From Bacteroidota bacterium (GTDB taxonomy: Bacteria > Bacteroidota > Bacteroidia > NS11-12g > UBA9320): 64,000 nucleotides of DNA. The position numbers and the translations under genes were made by a program. The stretch is taken from the NCBI GenBank assembly GCA_947468275.1, contig CANIKO010000010.1, positions 13,114 through 77,113 on the forward strand. The letters run 5' to 3'. Each line of letters starts with the position of its first letter. The stretch's first letter is position 1. Below the pieces are notes generated by a model. The model saw nothing but the letters and a program-made list of their open reading frames with translations, searched no databases and had not been told where the DNA came from. Shown here piece by piece: positions 1 through 9,240 of the stretch.

Positions 1-651
1 ACTCTGTTCTTCCATTTTAGAGTAATCCAAACTTCTACCGTCAATTCTTGGAGGGGTTCCAGTTTTCATTCTGCCACTTTCGAATCCGAGTTTATTTAAG
101 CATGCTGTTATTCCGTAAGATGCTGATTCTGAGGCACGACCTCCGCCAAAATTCTTTTTACCGATGTGTATCAACCCGTTTAGAAATGTCCCGCTGGTAA
201 CAACAATAGCCTTCGTTTTAAAGGTTATACCCAAGGATGTTATAATCCCTTCAACTCGACCATCAATTGTTAAAATTTGATCCACATTATCTTGCCAGAA
301 ATCGATGTTTTCATTTCTTTCTAAAGCTAGGCGCCATTCCCAGCTGAACATCATTCTATCACATTGCGATCTTGGGCTCCACATTGCAGGACCTTTTGAT
401 CTATTTAACATCCTAAATTGAATTGAAGTTTTGTCTGTTATTCTACCAGTTAACCCCCCAAGAGCATCAATTTCTCTAACAATCTGACCTTTTGCTACAC
501 CACCAATTGCTGGGTTACAACTCATTTTGGCTATAGTTTCCATGTTCATGGTAATAAGCAAAACACTTGAACCAAGTTTTGCGGCCGCATTGGCGGCTTC
601 GCAACCAGCATGACCTGCACCAATTATTATAATATCGTAAGTGCTTTTCAT
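1..651 (-). CDS. mnmG: tRNA uridine 5-carboxymethylaminomethyl modification enzyme MnmG (GidA), N-terminal part only (gene continues beyond window start)
   Basis: Reverse-complement of 601-651 translates MKSTYDIIIIGAGHAGCEAANAAAKLG... (FAD Rossmann GxGxxG), continuing with typical MnmG sequence; no stop before position 1. Confidence 0.85.
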   Translation of the reverse strand, partial: MKSTYDIIIIGAGHAGCEAANAAAKLGSSVLLITMNMETIAKMSCNPAIGGVAKGQIVREIDALGGLTGRITDKTSIQFRMLNRSKGPAMWSPRSQCDRMMFSWEWRLALERNENIDFWQDNVDQILTIDGRVEGIITSLGITFKTKAIVVTSGTFLNGLIHIGKKNFGGGRASESASYGITACLNKLGFESGRMKTGTPPRIDGRSLDYSKMEEQS

Positions 652-1067
652 ATAGGTTTCACGTGAAACAGGTCGTTTAAATATTTTAATTCCAGTTTTC
701 TCATTATAATTTTTTGGGATCTTGTTTTATCGTCAATTCCGCTCAAATGTAAAAGTCCATGTATAAGCACGCGGTGTAGTTCTTCATCAGGTGAAATGTT
801 AAGAGTTATTGCATTTTCTATTACGCGTTCGAGGCTAATAAATATTTCCGCATCATTTGAATCCTCGTCGCGTAAATCAAAAGTGATGATATCGGTATAG
901 TAGTCATGATTTAAAAATTGTTGGTTTATATTTAATAACTCTTCATCAGATATTATGTGAAGATATAAGTGATCAATATTTAAATTAAGCAAACTATTTA
1001 ACTGAATAGCAATATTTATTAGGTGGGTGTTTGGTTTTTTATAAGGGTTTTCTATCTCTATTTGCAT
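648..1067 (-). CDS. ybeY: rRNA maturation endoribonuclease YbeY
   Basis: 139 aa; metal-binding motif HGLLHLSGIDD (H-x3-H-x5-D type) typical of YbeY/UPF0054; 4-bp overlap with mnmG start. Confidence 0.8.
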   Translation of the reverse strand: MQIEIENPYKKPNTHLINIAIQLNSLLNLNIDHLYLHIISDEELLNINQQFLNHDYYTDIITFDLRDEDSNDAEIFISLERVIENAITLNISPDEELHRVLIHGLLHLSGIDDKTRSQKIIMRKLELKYLNDLFHVKPI

Positions 1068-2800
1068 TATCTAATAATAAGTATTGTTCCTGTCTTTAAA
1101 TAATATTTATTTCTTTCATCGTAAAATGTAGCCTTATAAAGGTAAGAGCCTTGCATAACAAATTCGCCTTCTATTTTCCCGTTCCAACCCTCGTCCATCT
1201 TGTTTGTTTCGTATATTTTCTCGCCCCAGCGATTATATATTTGAATTAAACCTCTTTCAAGGTCTAATCCTTTCCCGTATATTTTAAATATGTTATTATT
1301 ACTATAAGGGTTAATTGTTTTTGGAAAATAAAATTCCCCGACACTAAATATACAATTAACATTTGAAGTAGAAACGGCGCTGGTATTATTGCTGTTAAGT
1401 GTTTCTATATTGTTTATTCTAAAACATAATGAATCGGATGTTATGTTTTTAGAGGAATAAGATAATAATGTATTGTTTATAGATTCGTTTTTTAATAAGT
1501 TCCACGTGAAACGGTCGGGAGAAATTTCAATTGATTGAAGGGAAACTCCCTTTTCCCAATCTTTATATAGATTCCATCTAAATTCATATAAATTACCATT
1601 TAGTATTGGCTTGGACAAGTGAATAGATCTTCCAATATTTGAAATAGAAGTAATGTTATTGCATTTATCGGTAGTTTTAACTCTATAAGAATAATAGTAA
1701 TTGTTAAAATTGGCGTTAATATCTTCGAATGAATAATTTGATTTATTAGGGTCGAAATCCATCTTTAAAAAAGGATTAAACGACAATTCAGCTTCCTGCT
1801 TATCAATATAAAAAGAATCTATATCTGCTTTGTTATCAGCTATAAAATAACCTTTAAGTAAAGTGTTATTTTCTATTGTGATATTGCTTAAGTAATTAAT
1901 TTTTGGATCTTTGATTTTTCTGGTGTAAAAACAAATTGTATTTGAGGATGAGGTGGCTCGGGTTAAAATATTTTCTGTCCGAATATAAAAACACACACTA
2001 TCCCCTAAGGTAATATTTGAAATCGTGTGATTTGTGCCGGAGGGTGCTAAAGAAACACTTTTAGCGAATCCTTTGTTGTTCAAGTTTTCAATAAGATATT
2101 GTTTAATATTTGTCCATCCTTGATAGGTTGTCCAGTTTATATAGATACTTTTTGCGCAAGTATCTATTTTCCCAGTCAAATATGCTGCTTGTTGGTCATT
2201 ACTTATTGGTGCATAATTATCACAACTGTCATAGGTTGCAATTGCTATTTTAGTTGGATTTGATTGATCATAGTTTTTAAACGTTACAAAAGTTGTTGAT
2301 GTATCTAAAATTTTATCATATACAGGACTAATATAATGGTATAATCTATATCCTTTAGTGTCTGCTGCAGGATTACTGTTCCATCCGGCAGATAGATTTT
2401 GTGTTCCATAGTCAAAACTAACAGAATCCAATTCAATAACAGATGGTTTATTTTGGTCAATAGATTGAGGATTAGAAATAAAGCTATCAATACCGTTACA
2501 AGAAGTATAGGTAACTATTTTGAATCTCCAATCAGAAGTTAAGTCAGGAATAAAGACTGGATATTCGATGGTATTAATGACAGAAATTGTGGTTTTAAGT
2601 ATCCACGGACCATTGTTTTCGGAGGAATATAATTTGTAGTATTTGAAAGAATTGCAATTATCTTTGGCTGAATGCCAATAAATAGTTGCAATGGAATTAT
2701 TATTGTCTAAACATATTCGTAAAATTTCAGGACCATTATCAAGGCCCTTGCATATAATGGATGCAATTAATAAAAATATGGTTAATAATCGGTGGATCAT
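1067..2800 (-). CDS. Secreted protein with T9SS type B (gliding motility-associated, CHU_C) C-terminal sorting domain
   Basis: N-terminal signal peptide; C-terminus ...IQIYNRWGEKIYE...WNGK...GSYLYKATF...GTILIIR matches the IYNRWG/WNG/...R type B CTD pattern. Confidence 0.7.
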   Translation of the reverse strand: MIHRLLTIFLLIASIICKGLDNGPEILRICLDNNNSIATIYWHSAKDNCNSFKYYKLYSSENNGPWILKTTISVINTIEYPVFIPDLTSDWRFKIVTYTSCNGIDSFISNPQSIDQNKPSVIELDSVSFDYGTQNLSAGWNSNPAADTKGYRLYHYISPVYDKILDTSTTFVTFKNYDQSNPTKIAIATYDSCDNYAPISNDQQAAYLTGKIDTCAKSIYINWTTYQGWTNIKQYLIENLNNKGFAKSVSLAPSGTNHTISNITLGDSVCFYIRTENILTRATSSSNTICFYTRKIKDPKINYLSNITIENNTLLKGYFIADNKADIDSFYIDKQEAELSFNPFLKMDFDPNKSNYSFEDINANFNNYYYSYRVKTTDKCNNITSISNIGRSIHLSKPILNGNLYEFRWNLYKDWEKGVSLQSIEISPDRFTWNLLKNESINNTLLSYSSKNITSDSLCFRINNIETLNSNNTSAVSTSNVNCIFSVGEFYFPKTINPYSNNNIFKIYGKGLDLERGLIQIYNRWGEKIYETNKMDEGWNGKIEGEFVMQGSYLYKATFYDERNKYYLKTGTILIIR

Positions 2801-3028
2801 TTTTATTAATAGAGGCTTTATTTTCTATAAACGTTGTTTATTCTAAAAAATTCTGCAAAATAATGACAAAGGAAGACAAACTTTAGCAATATTTTAAGAA
2901 TTGCTATCTAATAGAACACTAAAATGTGACCTTACGATACTTTTCAAAATATTAATTATTTTAAAAAAGAATAATTGTGAGTAAATAAGGTAAAAGCTCT
3001 TAATTTTGTAAATAGTAATATAAATTGA

Positions 3029-4159
3029 ATGAAAGATAACCTCAATGAAAATGAAAAGAGGACAAGAAAGCGAATCGTTGTGAAACGTGATTCTTTAAAA
3101 AGCAACTCAGATAGGCCATTGGACCATAAGGTTGCTAATGAGTATTCAACAAATAACCCTAATAACACAGATAGGGCTTATAAAACTATAGAAAACAGGG
3201 AAAATGAAGGGAAGAGAAATTACCCTTCATCCTATTCCGGTGGAAACGAAAGAAAACCGTTTGACCCTAAAAGACAAAGAGGGGATGGACAAAAGCGGTT
3301 TGACTCAGGTTTTAAAAAGGAGTTTGTTGAAAATCCCCTAATGAACCATCAGTTTTTTAAAAAGCATGAAAGCAATGGAGCCGTCGCTCCTATTAGTCCT
3401 AGTGTTGTAAGAAAGGATGGTGAACTCATCCGATTAAATAAATTTATTTCGAATGCCGGTATTTGTAGTCGCAGGGAAGCGGACGAATATATTATAAAAG
3501 GGGCGATTAAAGTGAATGGTGAGATAATTACAGAATTAGGACATAAGATAAAAGCAAAAGATATTGTTGAGTATAAGGGAAAGAGAATATTTGAAGCGAA
3601 TCATGTTTATATTTTGTTAAACAAGCCAAAGGACACAATAACCACAACCAGTGATCCTGAAAACAGACCCACGGTTATGGATTTGGTTCAAAAAGCAACA
3701 GATCAACGTATATTCCCGATAGGACGTTTGGACAGGAACACAACAGGCGTTATACTTATGACTAATGATGGAGATTTTGCCCAAAAACTTTCACACCCAT
3801 CTAGCGAAGTAAAAAAAGTTTATTATGCTATTTTGGACAAACCATTAGAAAGAGAACATTTTGATAAATTAATTGATGGTGTGGAATTAGAAGATGGCCC
3901 TATGAATGTAGACGAAATTGCATATGTTGATCCTAAAGACCACACAATGATTGGAGTTGAAATACACAGTGGTAAAAATCGTGTTATTCACCGCATGTTT
4001 GAATCGTTGGGGTATAAACTTAAAAAACTAGACCGTGTTGTATATGCCGGTCTTGATAAAGGAGGTTTAAGAAGAGGTAAATGGAGATTTTTGAAATTTA
4101 ATGAGGTTCAAATGGTTCTCAATACTATTAAATACCACGATGAAAAAACCGTTAATTAA
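3029..4159 (+). CDS. rluB: rRNA pseudouridine synthase (RluB/RsuA family) with ~130-aa basic low-complexity N-terminal extension
   Basis: S4 domain (LNKFISNAGICSRREADEYIIKGAIKVNG) followed by catalytic RLDRNTTGVILMTNDG motif; true start may be internal. Confidence 0.8.
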   Translation: MKDNLNENEKRTRKRIVVKRDSLKSNSDRPLDHKVANEYSTNNPNNTDRAYKTIENRENEGKRNYPSSYSGGNERKPFDPKRQRGDGQKRFDSGFKKEFVENPLMNHQFFKKHESNGAVAPISPSVVRKDGELIRLNKFISNAGICSRREADEYIIKGAIKVNGEIITELGHKIKAKDIVEYKGKRIFEANHVYILLNKPKDTITTTSDPENRPTVMDLVQKATDQRIFPIGRLDRNTTGVILMTNDGDFAQKLSHPSSEVKKVYYAILDKPLEREHFDKLIDGVELEDGPMNVDEIAYVDPKDHTMIGVEIHSGKNRVIHRMFESLGYKLKKLDRVVYAGLDKGGLRRGKWRFLKFNEVQMVLNTIKYHDEKTVN

Positions 4160-5045
4160 AATTTTTCTTTTAAATTTTCTTTTAGTTTTATTAATATCAG
4201 GGTGTAAGGAAACGCCTCCTTATATTGACTTTTCTAAAAAAATTATTGGATTAAGAGACACTAACTATGTGGGCACAAATACTCCTTCGCCTGTTATGAA
4301 GAAAATTTATATTGAAGATTTAACAGGAGTGAGGTGTAATAATTGCCCTAAAGCTGCTGTTAATATTCATGACATTTCGCTTGCCAATCCCGGAAAAGTA
4401 GTTGCCTTGGGGGTTTATGCCAGTACATTAACAAATTTTATGACACCTTGGCCAGGATTTCAAAACTTAAGTACAACAGTCGCAGATAATATTTTTAAAG
4501 ATATTTTTAAAAGCCCTGGAGCTATCCCTACAGGAGGAGTAAACAGAAAAGTATTTCCTGGAGAAGCTATTACTGTAAGTTATAATAGTTGGTCAGGTTT
4601 TGCAGATATTATAAAAATGGAAGAATCACCTGTTATAATAAAGGATTCTCTTATTGCTTATGATTCAATCCTGAGAAAAGCTAGGATTCTGGTAAAATTA
4701 ATTTTTACCAAAAAATATATTGAAGAAGTTAATCTTTCGCTTTATTTAATAGAAAGTAAAATTATTTCAAAACAGAGTATGCCGTCCCCCGCAACTGAGC
4801 CTAAAGATGACTATGAACACAATCATGTATTAAGAAAAGCCATAACAAATTTTAGTGGTTTGCCTTTAAAAATAAATTCTTCAACTATTGGCAATTACGA
4901 AGTGGGCCGAGTTTTTGAAAAGGAGTTTGAGGTTGATCTTGATGCTAATTGGAAAGTTAAAAATTGTGCTTTTGTTGTTTTGGTTAATAGATTTGACGAC
5001 AATAGCAAAGAGGTGCTTCAAGCCTCAGAACTTGATTTGCAATAA
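4140..5045 (+). CDS. Omp28-related outer-membrane lipoprotein (thioredoxin-like CxxCP motif)
   Basis: Lipoprotein signal MKKPLIKIFLLNFLLVLLISGC; EDLTGVRCNNCP motif; family call from memory, not verified. Confidence 0.45.
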   Translation: MKKPLIKIFLLNFLLVLLISGCKETPPYIDFSKKIIGLRDTNYVGTNTPSPVMKKIYIEDLTGVRCNNCPKAAVNIHDISLANPGKVVALGVYASTLTNFMTPWPGFQNLSTTVADNIFKDIFKSPGAIPTGGVNRKVFPGEAITVSYNSWSGFADIIKMEESPVIIKDSLIAYDSILRKARILVKLIFTKKYIEEVNLSLYLIESKIISKQSMPSPATEPKDDYEHNHVLRKAITNFSGLPLKINSSTIGNYEVGRVFEKEFEVDLDANWKVKNCAFVVLVNRFDDNSKEVLQASELDLQ

Positions 5046-5959
5046 TGCAATTATCAACGTATTACAACGGTTATAAGCTATATTTACAATTAGAAAAAAA
5101 CCTCTCAAAAAACACAGTTGAGGCCTATCTAAGAGATATTTCTAAAGTAGAAAAATATTGCTCTGAAAAAGGGGTAGATATAAATGTTTTAGATCCTTCC
5201 GTTGAGTTTTTTAATGATTTTATTAAGTGGATTGCAACCTCCGGAAGTTCCTCAACATCCCAATCTCGCATACTGTCTGGAATAAGGTCATTTTATGATT
5301 ATTTGTTGCTTGAAAAATACATTGATACTAATCCTACAGAAATAATCGAATTTCCTCGTTTAACACGAAAATTACCGAATGTACTAAGCACAGCAGAAAT
5401 AGAATTAATGCTCGCACAAATAGACTTGAGCAAGGAGGGAGGGTTTCGGAATAAGGTGATTTTAGAACTTTTGTTTGCATGTGGTCTAAGGGTTTCTGAA
5501 TTGGTAAATCTTGAAAAATCGAATATTTATTTTAAAGAAGAATTTATAATGGTAACGGGTAAAGGCAACAAACAAAGACTAGTTCCAATAAGTGATAATG
5601 CTTTAAATTTAATACAACTTTATTTGACTACGGAAAGAAATAAAATAGAGTCAAAACCCAAAGACCAGGAAATTCTTTTTTTGAATAGGAGGGGAGGGCG
5701 TCTTTCAAGAGTCTTTATTTTTACGATCGTTAAGGAGATGGCAGCAAGGGCTGGAATACGAAAAAATGTTGGCCCGCATACTTTTAGGCATTCGTTTGCC
5801 ACAGGATTAGTAATCAATGGTGCTGATTTACGGGCGGTACAGAGCATGCTGGGACACGAAAGTATAACCACCACTGAAATATATGCCCATTTAGATAAAA
5901 AGCATTTGCATGATGTTGTTGACCAATTTCACCCACGTTCTAAAAATAAACTTAAATAA
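5045..5959 (+). CDS. xerD: Site-specific tyrosine recombinase XerD/XerC
   Basis: 304 aa; C-terminal catalytic box HTFRHSFATGLVINGADLRAVQSMLGHESITTTEIYAHL with RHRY-type residues. Confidence 0.8.
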   Translation: MQLSTYYNGYKLYLQLEKNLSKNTVEAYLRDISKVEKYCSEKGVDINVLDPSVEFFNDFIKWIATSGSSSTSQSRILSGIRSFYDYLLLEKYIDTNPTEIIEFPRLTRKLPNVLSTAEIELMLAQIDLSKEGGFRNKVILELLFACGLRVSELVNLEKSNIYFKEEFIMVTGKGNKQRLVPISDNALNLIQLYLTTERNKIESKPKDQEILFLNRRGGRLSRVFIFTIVKEMAARAGIRKNVGPHTFRHSFATGLVINGADLRAVQSMLGHESITTTEIYAHLDKKHLHDVVDQFHPRSKNKLK

Positions 5960-5961
5960 AT

Positions 5962-6267
5962 ATGATACTATACAACGTAACCCTAAATGTTGATGAAGAA
6001 ATAAAAGAGGAGTGGCTTCAATGGATGAAAGAAATTCATCTTCCCGAAGTGATGGCTACAGGCAAATTTATTTCTTATGAAATGTATAAAATACAAAATC
6101 ACAATCCACAGGATTCGAGCAACAATTATAGTGTTCAATATAAGGCAAAATCATTCGTAGAATATGAAGATTATATCAACACTTATGGTCCTGCCTTGAA
6201 ACAAAAAACGCTTGAAAAATATGGAGAGAAAATTTTAGCCTTTAGAACTCTCTTGGAAAAAGTATAA
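5962..6267 (+). CDS. DUF4286-family small protein
   Basis: 101 aa; MILYNVTLNVDEEIKEEWLQWMKEIHLPEVM pattern resembles DUF4286; 2 bp after the xerD stop. Confidence 0.45.
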   Translation: MILYNVTLNVDEEIKEEWLQWMKEIHLPEVMATGKFISYEMYKIQNHNPQDSSNNYSVQYKAKSFVEYEDYINTYGPALKQKTLEKYGEKILAFRTLLEKV

Positions 6268-6360
6268 GTTTTGTTAAGGTCTATTAATTCCTAAAATGAC
6301 ACTGCAATAAACCCTAAAATTCTCTTTTGGTTTCTTGTTTAAGCATGAGGCACATATTAA

Positions 6361-7566
6361 CTAACCCAGCCTTTCCACTGCTAATTCAGCCACAGTATGA
6401 CCAATACTTAGCGATGATGTAGCTGCAGGAGAAGGAGCATTTAAAATATTAATGATTCCTGGATTTTCTACAATTTTAAAGTCATCTAAAAGTCCGCCAG
6501 TTCTATCGCAAGCCTGAGCCCTAACACCTGAACCCGCAGGAATTAAGTCATCTTTTTTTATGTCTGGTACTAACTTTTGCAAGGCCCTTGTGAATGCAGA
6601 TTTGGAAAAGGAGCGGTAATATTCGCCGATACCTGTTTTCCAATATTTCAAGGCAACTTTTCTGAATCCAGGCCAACTGAAACAGTTCCACAAGTCACCA
6701 AAATTAATATCCGTTTTTTTGTAACCTTCGCGTTTAAATGCAAACACAGCATTGGGCCCAGCCTCAACGCCACCATCTATCATACGAGTAAAATGCACTC
6801 CTAAAAACGGAAAATTAGGGTCGGGAACTGGGTATATGAGATTTTTCACCAAATGTTGCTTTTCGGGTTTTATCATATAATATTCTCCGCGGAAAGGGAT
6901 TATACGGGTATCTAAATGAGGCTCGTTAATTTCAGCAACTTTGTCGCTATATAAGCCGGCGCAGTTTATAACTAATCGAGTAACTATTTCCTGATTATCA
7001 GTTTTTACATGGCTTTCATTTTCATTCAAGTTAATTTTAGACACTTTAAAATTGAACAGAATTTCTCCACCCAAAAACTTAATCCTCTCCACCAACACAT
7101 CACATACTTTACTATAGTTGATAATACCTGTTTGAGGGACATATAATCCTTCTATGCCTCTGCAATTAGGTTCACGTTCTTTAATTTCGGATTCGCTAAG
7201 CTTAAGTATTCCTGTCAGGCCGTTTTCAAGCCCTCTTTCATATAACATTTCTAATTGCGCAAGTTCTTTTTCAGAAGTAGCTACTACTATTTTGCCACAT
7301 AAATCATATGCTATTTTATTGTTGTCGCAAAACTCAAGCAACATTTTATACCCTTTTATACAATTTATAGCTTTTAAACTTCCGGGTTTATAATATAGCC
7401 CGCTGTGAATTACACCGCTGTTATGTCCCGTTTGGTGGGCTGCGGCATGGCTTTCTTTTTCCAAAACAACAAGTTCCAAATCGGGCTTTAAAGTTAAAAG
7501 CTGGTAAGCTGTTGCCAGCCCAACAATCCCTCCGCCAATTATTGCTATATCATACTTTTTTGACAT
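6361..7566 (-). CDS. lhgO: L-2-hydroxyglutarate oxidase/dehydrogenase (FAD-dependent oxidoreductase)
   Basis: 401 aa; N-terminal MSKKYDIAIIGGGIVGLATAY dinucleotide-binding motif; overall LhgO-like. Confidence 0.7.
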   Translation of the reverse strand: MSKKYDIAIIGGGIVGLATAYQLLTLKPDLELVVLEKESHAAAHQTGHNSGVIHSGLYYKPGSLKAINCIKGYKMLLEFCDNNKIAYDLCGKIVVATSEKELAQLEMLYERGLENGLTGILKLSESEIKEREPNCRGIEGLYVPQTGIINYSKVCDVLVERIKFLGGEILFNFKVSKINLNENESHVKTDNQEIVTRLVINCAGLYSDKVAEINEPHLDTRIIPFRGEYYMIKPEKQHLVKNLIYPVPDPNFPFLGVHFTRMIDGGVEAGPNAVFAFKREGYKKTDINFGDLWNCFSWPGFRKVALKYWKTGIGEYYRSFSKSAFTRALQKLVPDIKKDDLIPAGSGVRAQACDRTGGLLDDFKIVENPGIINILNAPSPAATSSLSIGHTVAELAVERLG

Positions 7567-7652
7567 AGCGCAAAGGTAATTCGATTTTGGATATCCATTG
7601 CCTTTGGTTTAAACCATCAGCAATAAATATCTATTTTTGTGCTTTATTATTT

Positions 7653-8666
7653 ATGACCACAAAAGAAACCCTTCAAAATATTTTAGCCAAACGTATCATG
7701 GTAATTGATGGTGCTATGGGTACTATGATTCAGCAGTATAAATTGAGTGAAGAAGACTACCGCGGCGAACGTTTTAAAGATTATCCTCAATCGGTAAAAG
7801 GAAATAATGATCTTTTGGTTTTAACACAGCCTAAAATAATTGGCGATATTCATAAAGAATTTTTAAAAGCAGGGGCAGATATTATTGAAACAAATACCTT
7901 TAATGCTAACTTTTACAGCATGTCGGATTATGCGATGGAAAATTTGGTGACTGAAATAAATCTAGAAGCTGCTAAAATTGCACGTAAAGTAGCATTTGAA
8001 CAAACAGTATTAACTCCCGATAAACCTAGATTAGTGGCTGGAGCCATTGGCCCAACTAACAAAGCCGGTTCATTGTCACCAGATGTAAATAATCCCGGAT
8101 TTCGTTCCGTTACTTTCAATGATTTGGTTAAAGCTTACTCTGAACAAGTCAATGCATTACTAGATGGTGGAGTTGACCTGCTTTTGGTGGAAACCGTATT
8201 TGATACACTAAACAGCAAAGCAGCATTATTTGCGATTAATACCATTTTGGAACAGCGGCATATGGAAATGCCAGTAATGGTAAGTGGCACTATTACTGAT
8301 GCCAGCGGCCGAACACTTAGCGGACAAACCCCTGAAGCATTTTATATTTCGATAAGTCATGCAGGATTATTTAGTGTGGGATTAAATTGTGCCTTGGGAG
8401 CATCGCAAATGCGACCATTTATTGAAGAAATATCAGATGTGGCGGAATGTTATGTAAGTTGCTACCCCAATGCAGGCTTGCCTAACGAATTTGGTGAATA
8501 TGATGAAACACCAGAACACATGGCTAAAGTAATTGAAGATTTTGCAAAAAGCGGATTTTTAAACATTGTTGGTGGCTGCTGTGGAACCACTCCTGCTCAT
8601 ATAAAAGCTATAGCTGACACTGTATCTAAATATTCTCCGAGAGCACTTCCAATTATAGTAGATTAA
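7653..8666 (+). CDS. metH: Methionine synthase, homocysteine S-methyltransferase (Hcy-binding) module encoded as a separate gene
   Basis: [27 protein letters not shown]... and Zn-ligand region [11 protein letters not shown] are typical of the MetH N-terminal barrel; listed ORF begins upstream at 7587 but the likely start is ATG 7653. Confidence 0.8.
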   Translation: MTTKETLQNILAKRIMVIDGAMGTMIQQYKLSEEDYRGERFKDYPQSVKGNNDLLVLTQPKIIGDIHKEFLKAGADIIETNTFNANFYSMSDYAMENLVTEINLEAAKIARKVAFEQTVLTPDKPRLVAGAIGPTNKAGSLSPDVNNPGFRSVTFNDLVKAYSEQVNALLDGGVDLLLVETVFDTLNSKAALFAINTILEQRHMEMPVMVSGTITDASGRTLSGQTPEAFYISISHAGLFSVGLNCALGASQMRPFIEEISDVAECYVSCYPNAGLPNEFGEYDETPEHMAKVIEDFAKSGFLNIVGGCCGTTPAHIKAIADTVSKYSPRALPIIVD

Positions 8667-8693
8667 GTTCTGCCACCATTTGTTTCGTGAATC

Positions 8694-9179
8694 TTAGTGT
8701 GTTTTAGTAATTATTTTCAATAAATCGTCTTCCAAATTTTTTATTGGACTTTCTACTATTCTTCCCTGTTCATTCCCTGTTTTATCAATAATAATAAAGG
8801 TTGGAACAAATTTGATTTGAAATTTTTCATAATCTTTGGGAATCTGTTTTTCTTGGTTTACAAAAACAATTTTAAGGTTTTCGGTTGAAAATTGTTTGGT
8901 TTCTAAAATTTTAATAAATCGTGGTAGTTGAAGCCTTGTATCGCTGCACCATTCTCCTCCAACGATAATAATTTTCAAATTGTTCAATCCCAAAAGAGAA
9001 TCATAACCTTTTTCTGAAAGCGTATAATTTTTGTATTCTTCCTTAAACCAAAGGTACTGTTTCAGTTCATTTAGGGAAACCACCCCGGTTTTATAGTCTT
9101 CCTTTCGTGGATGGTGTAAAAGCGTGCAGCCTAAAATAAGACTCAATAAAATAGGGATTAAAATTTTAAGTCGGCTCAT
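8694..9179 (-). CDS. Thioredoxin-fold lipoprotein
   Basis: Lipobox LILGC; GGEWCSDT thioredoxin-like monothiol motif. Confidence 0.55.
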   Translation of the reverse strand: MSRLKILIPILLSLILGCTLLHHPRKEDYKTGVVSLNELKQYLWFKEEYKNYTLSEKGYDSLLGLNNLKIIIVGGEWCSDTRLQLPRFIKILETKQFSTENLKIVFVNQEKQIPKDYEKFQIKFVPTFIIIDKTGNEQGRIVESPIKNLEDDLLKIITKTH

Positions 9180-9240
9180 TTATTGCTTTTTGTTCTTTGA
9201 AATTGAGCTGGTAAAAGTAATATTTGTCCTCAATAAATAA

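Noticed and set aside
2305-2490. Short antisense and embedded ORFs inside large genes: 2305-2490, 5620-5874, 6577-6804, 7154-7393, 7928-8119, 19853-20746, 23775-25929, 40301-40543, 42324-42566, 44860-45264, 53756-54418, 60278-60971, 61061-62260 and similar
   Set aside because: All lie within or antisense to long, well-supported CDSs. They have low-complexity or hydrophobic junk translations and no start or RBS context, so they are treated as frame artefacts.
4888-5076. 62-aa ORF overlapping the 3' end of the Omp28-like gene and the start of xerD
   Set aside because: It overlaps two confident CDSs in another frame, and its hydrophobic, repetitive translation is typical of out-of-frame reading in AT-rich DNA.
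7567-7652. Possible SAM or B12 riboswitch upstream of the metH Hcy-module gene
   Set aside because: The region is only ~85 bp and lacks recognisable riboswitch core motifs. The ORF-track extension (7587-7652) is more likely 5' UTR.
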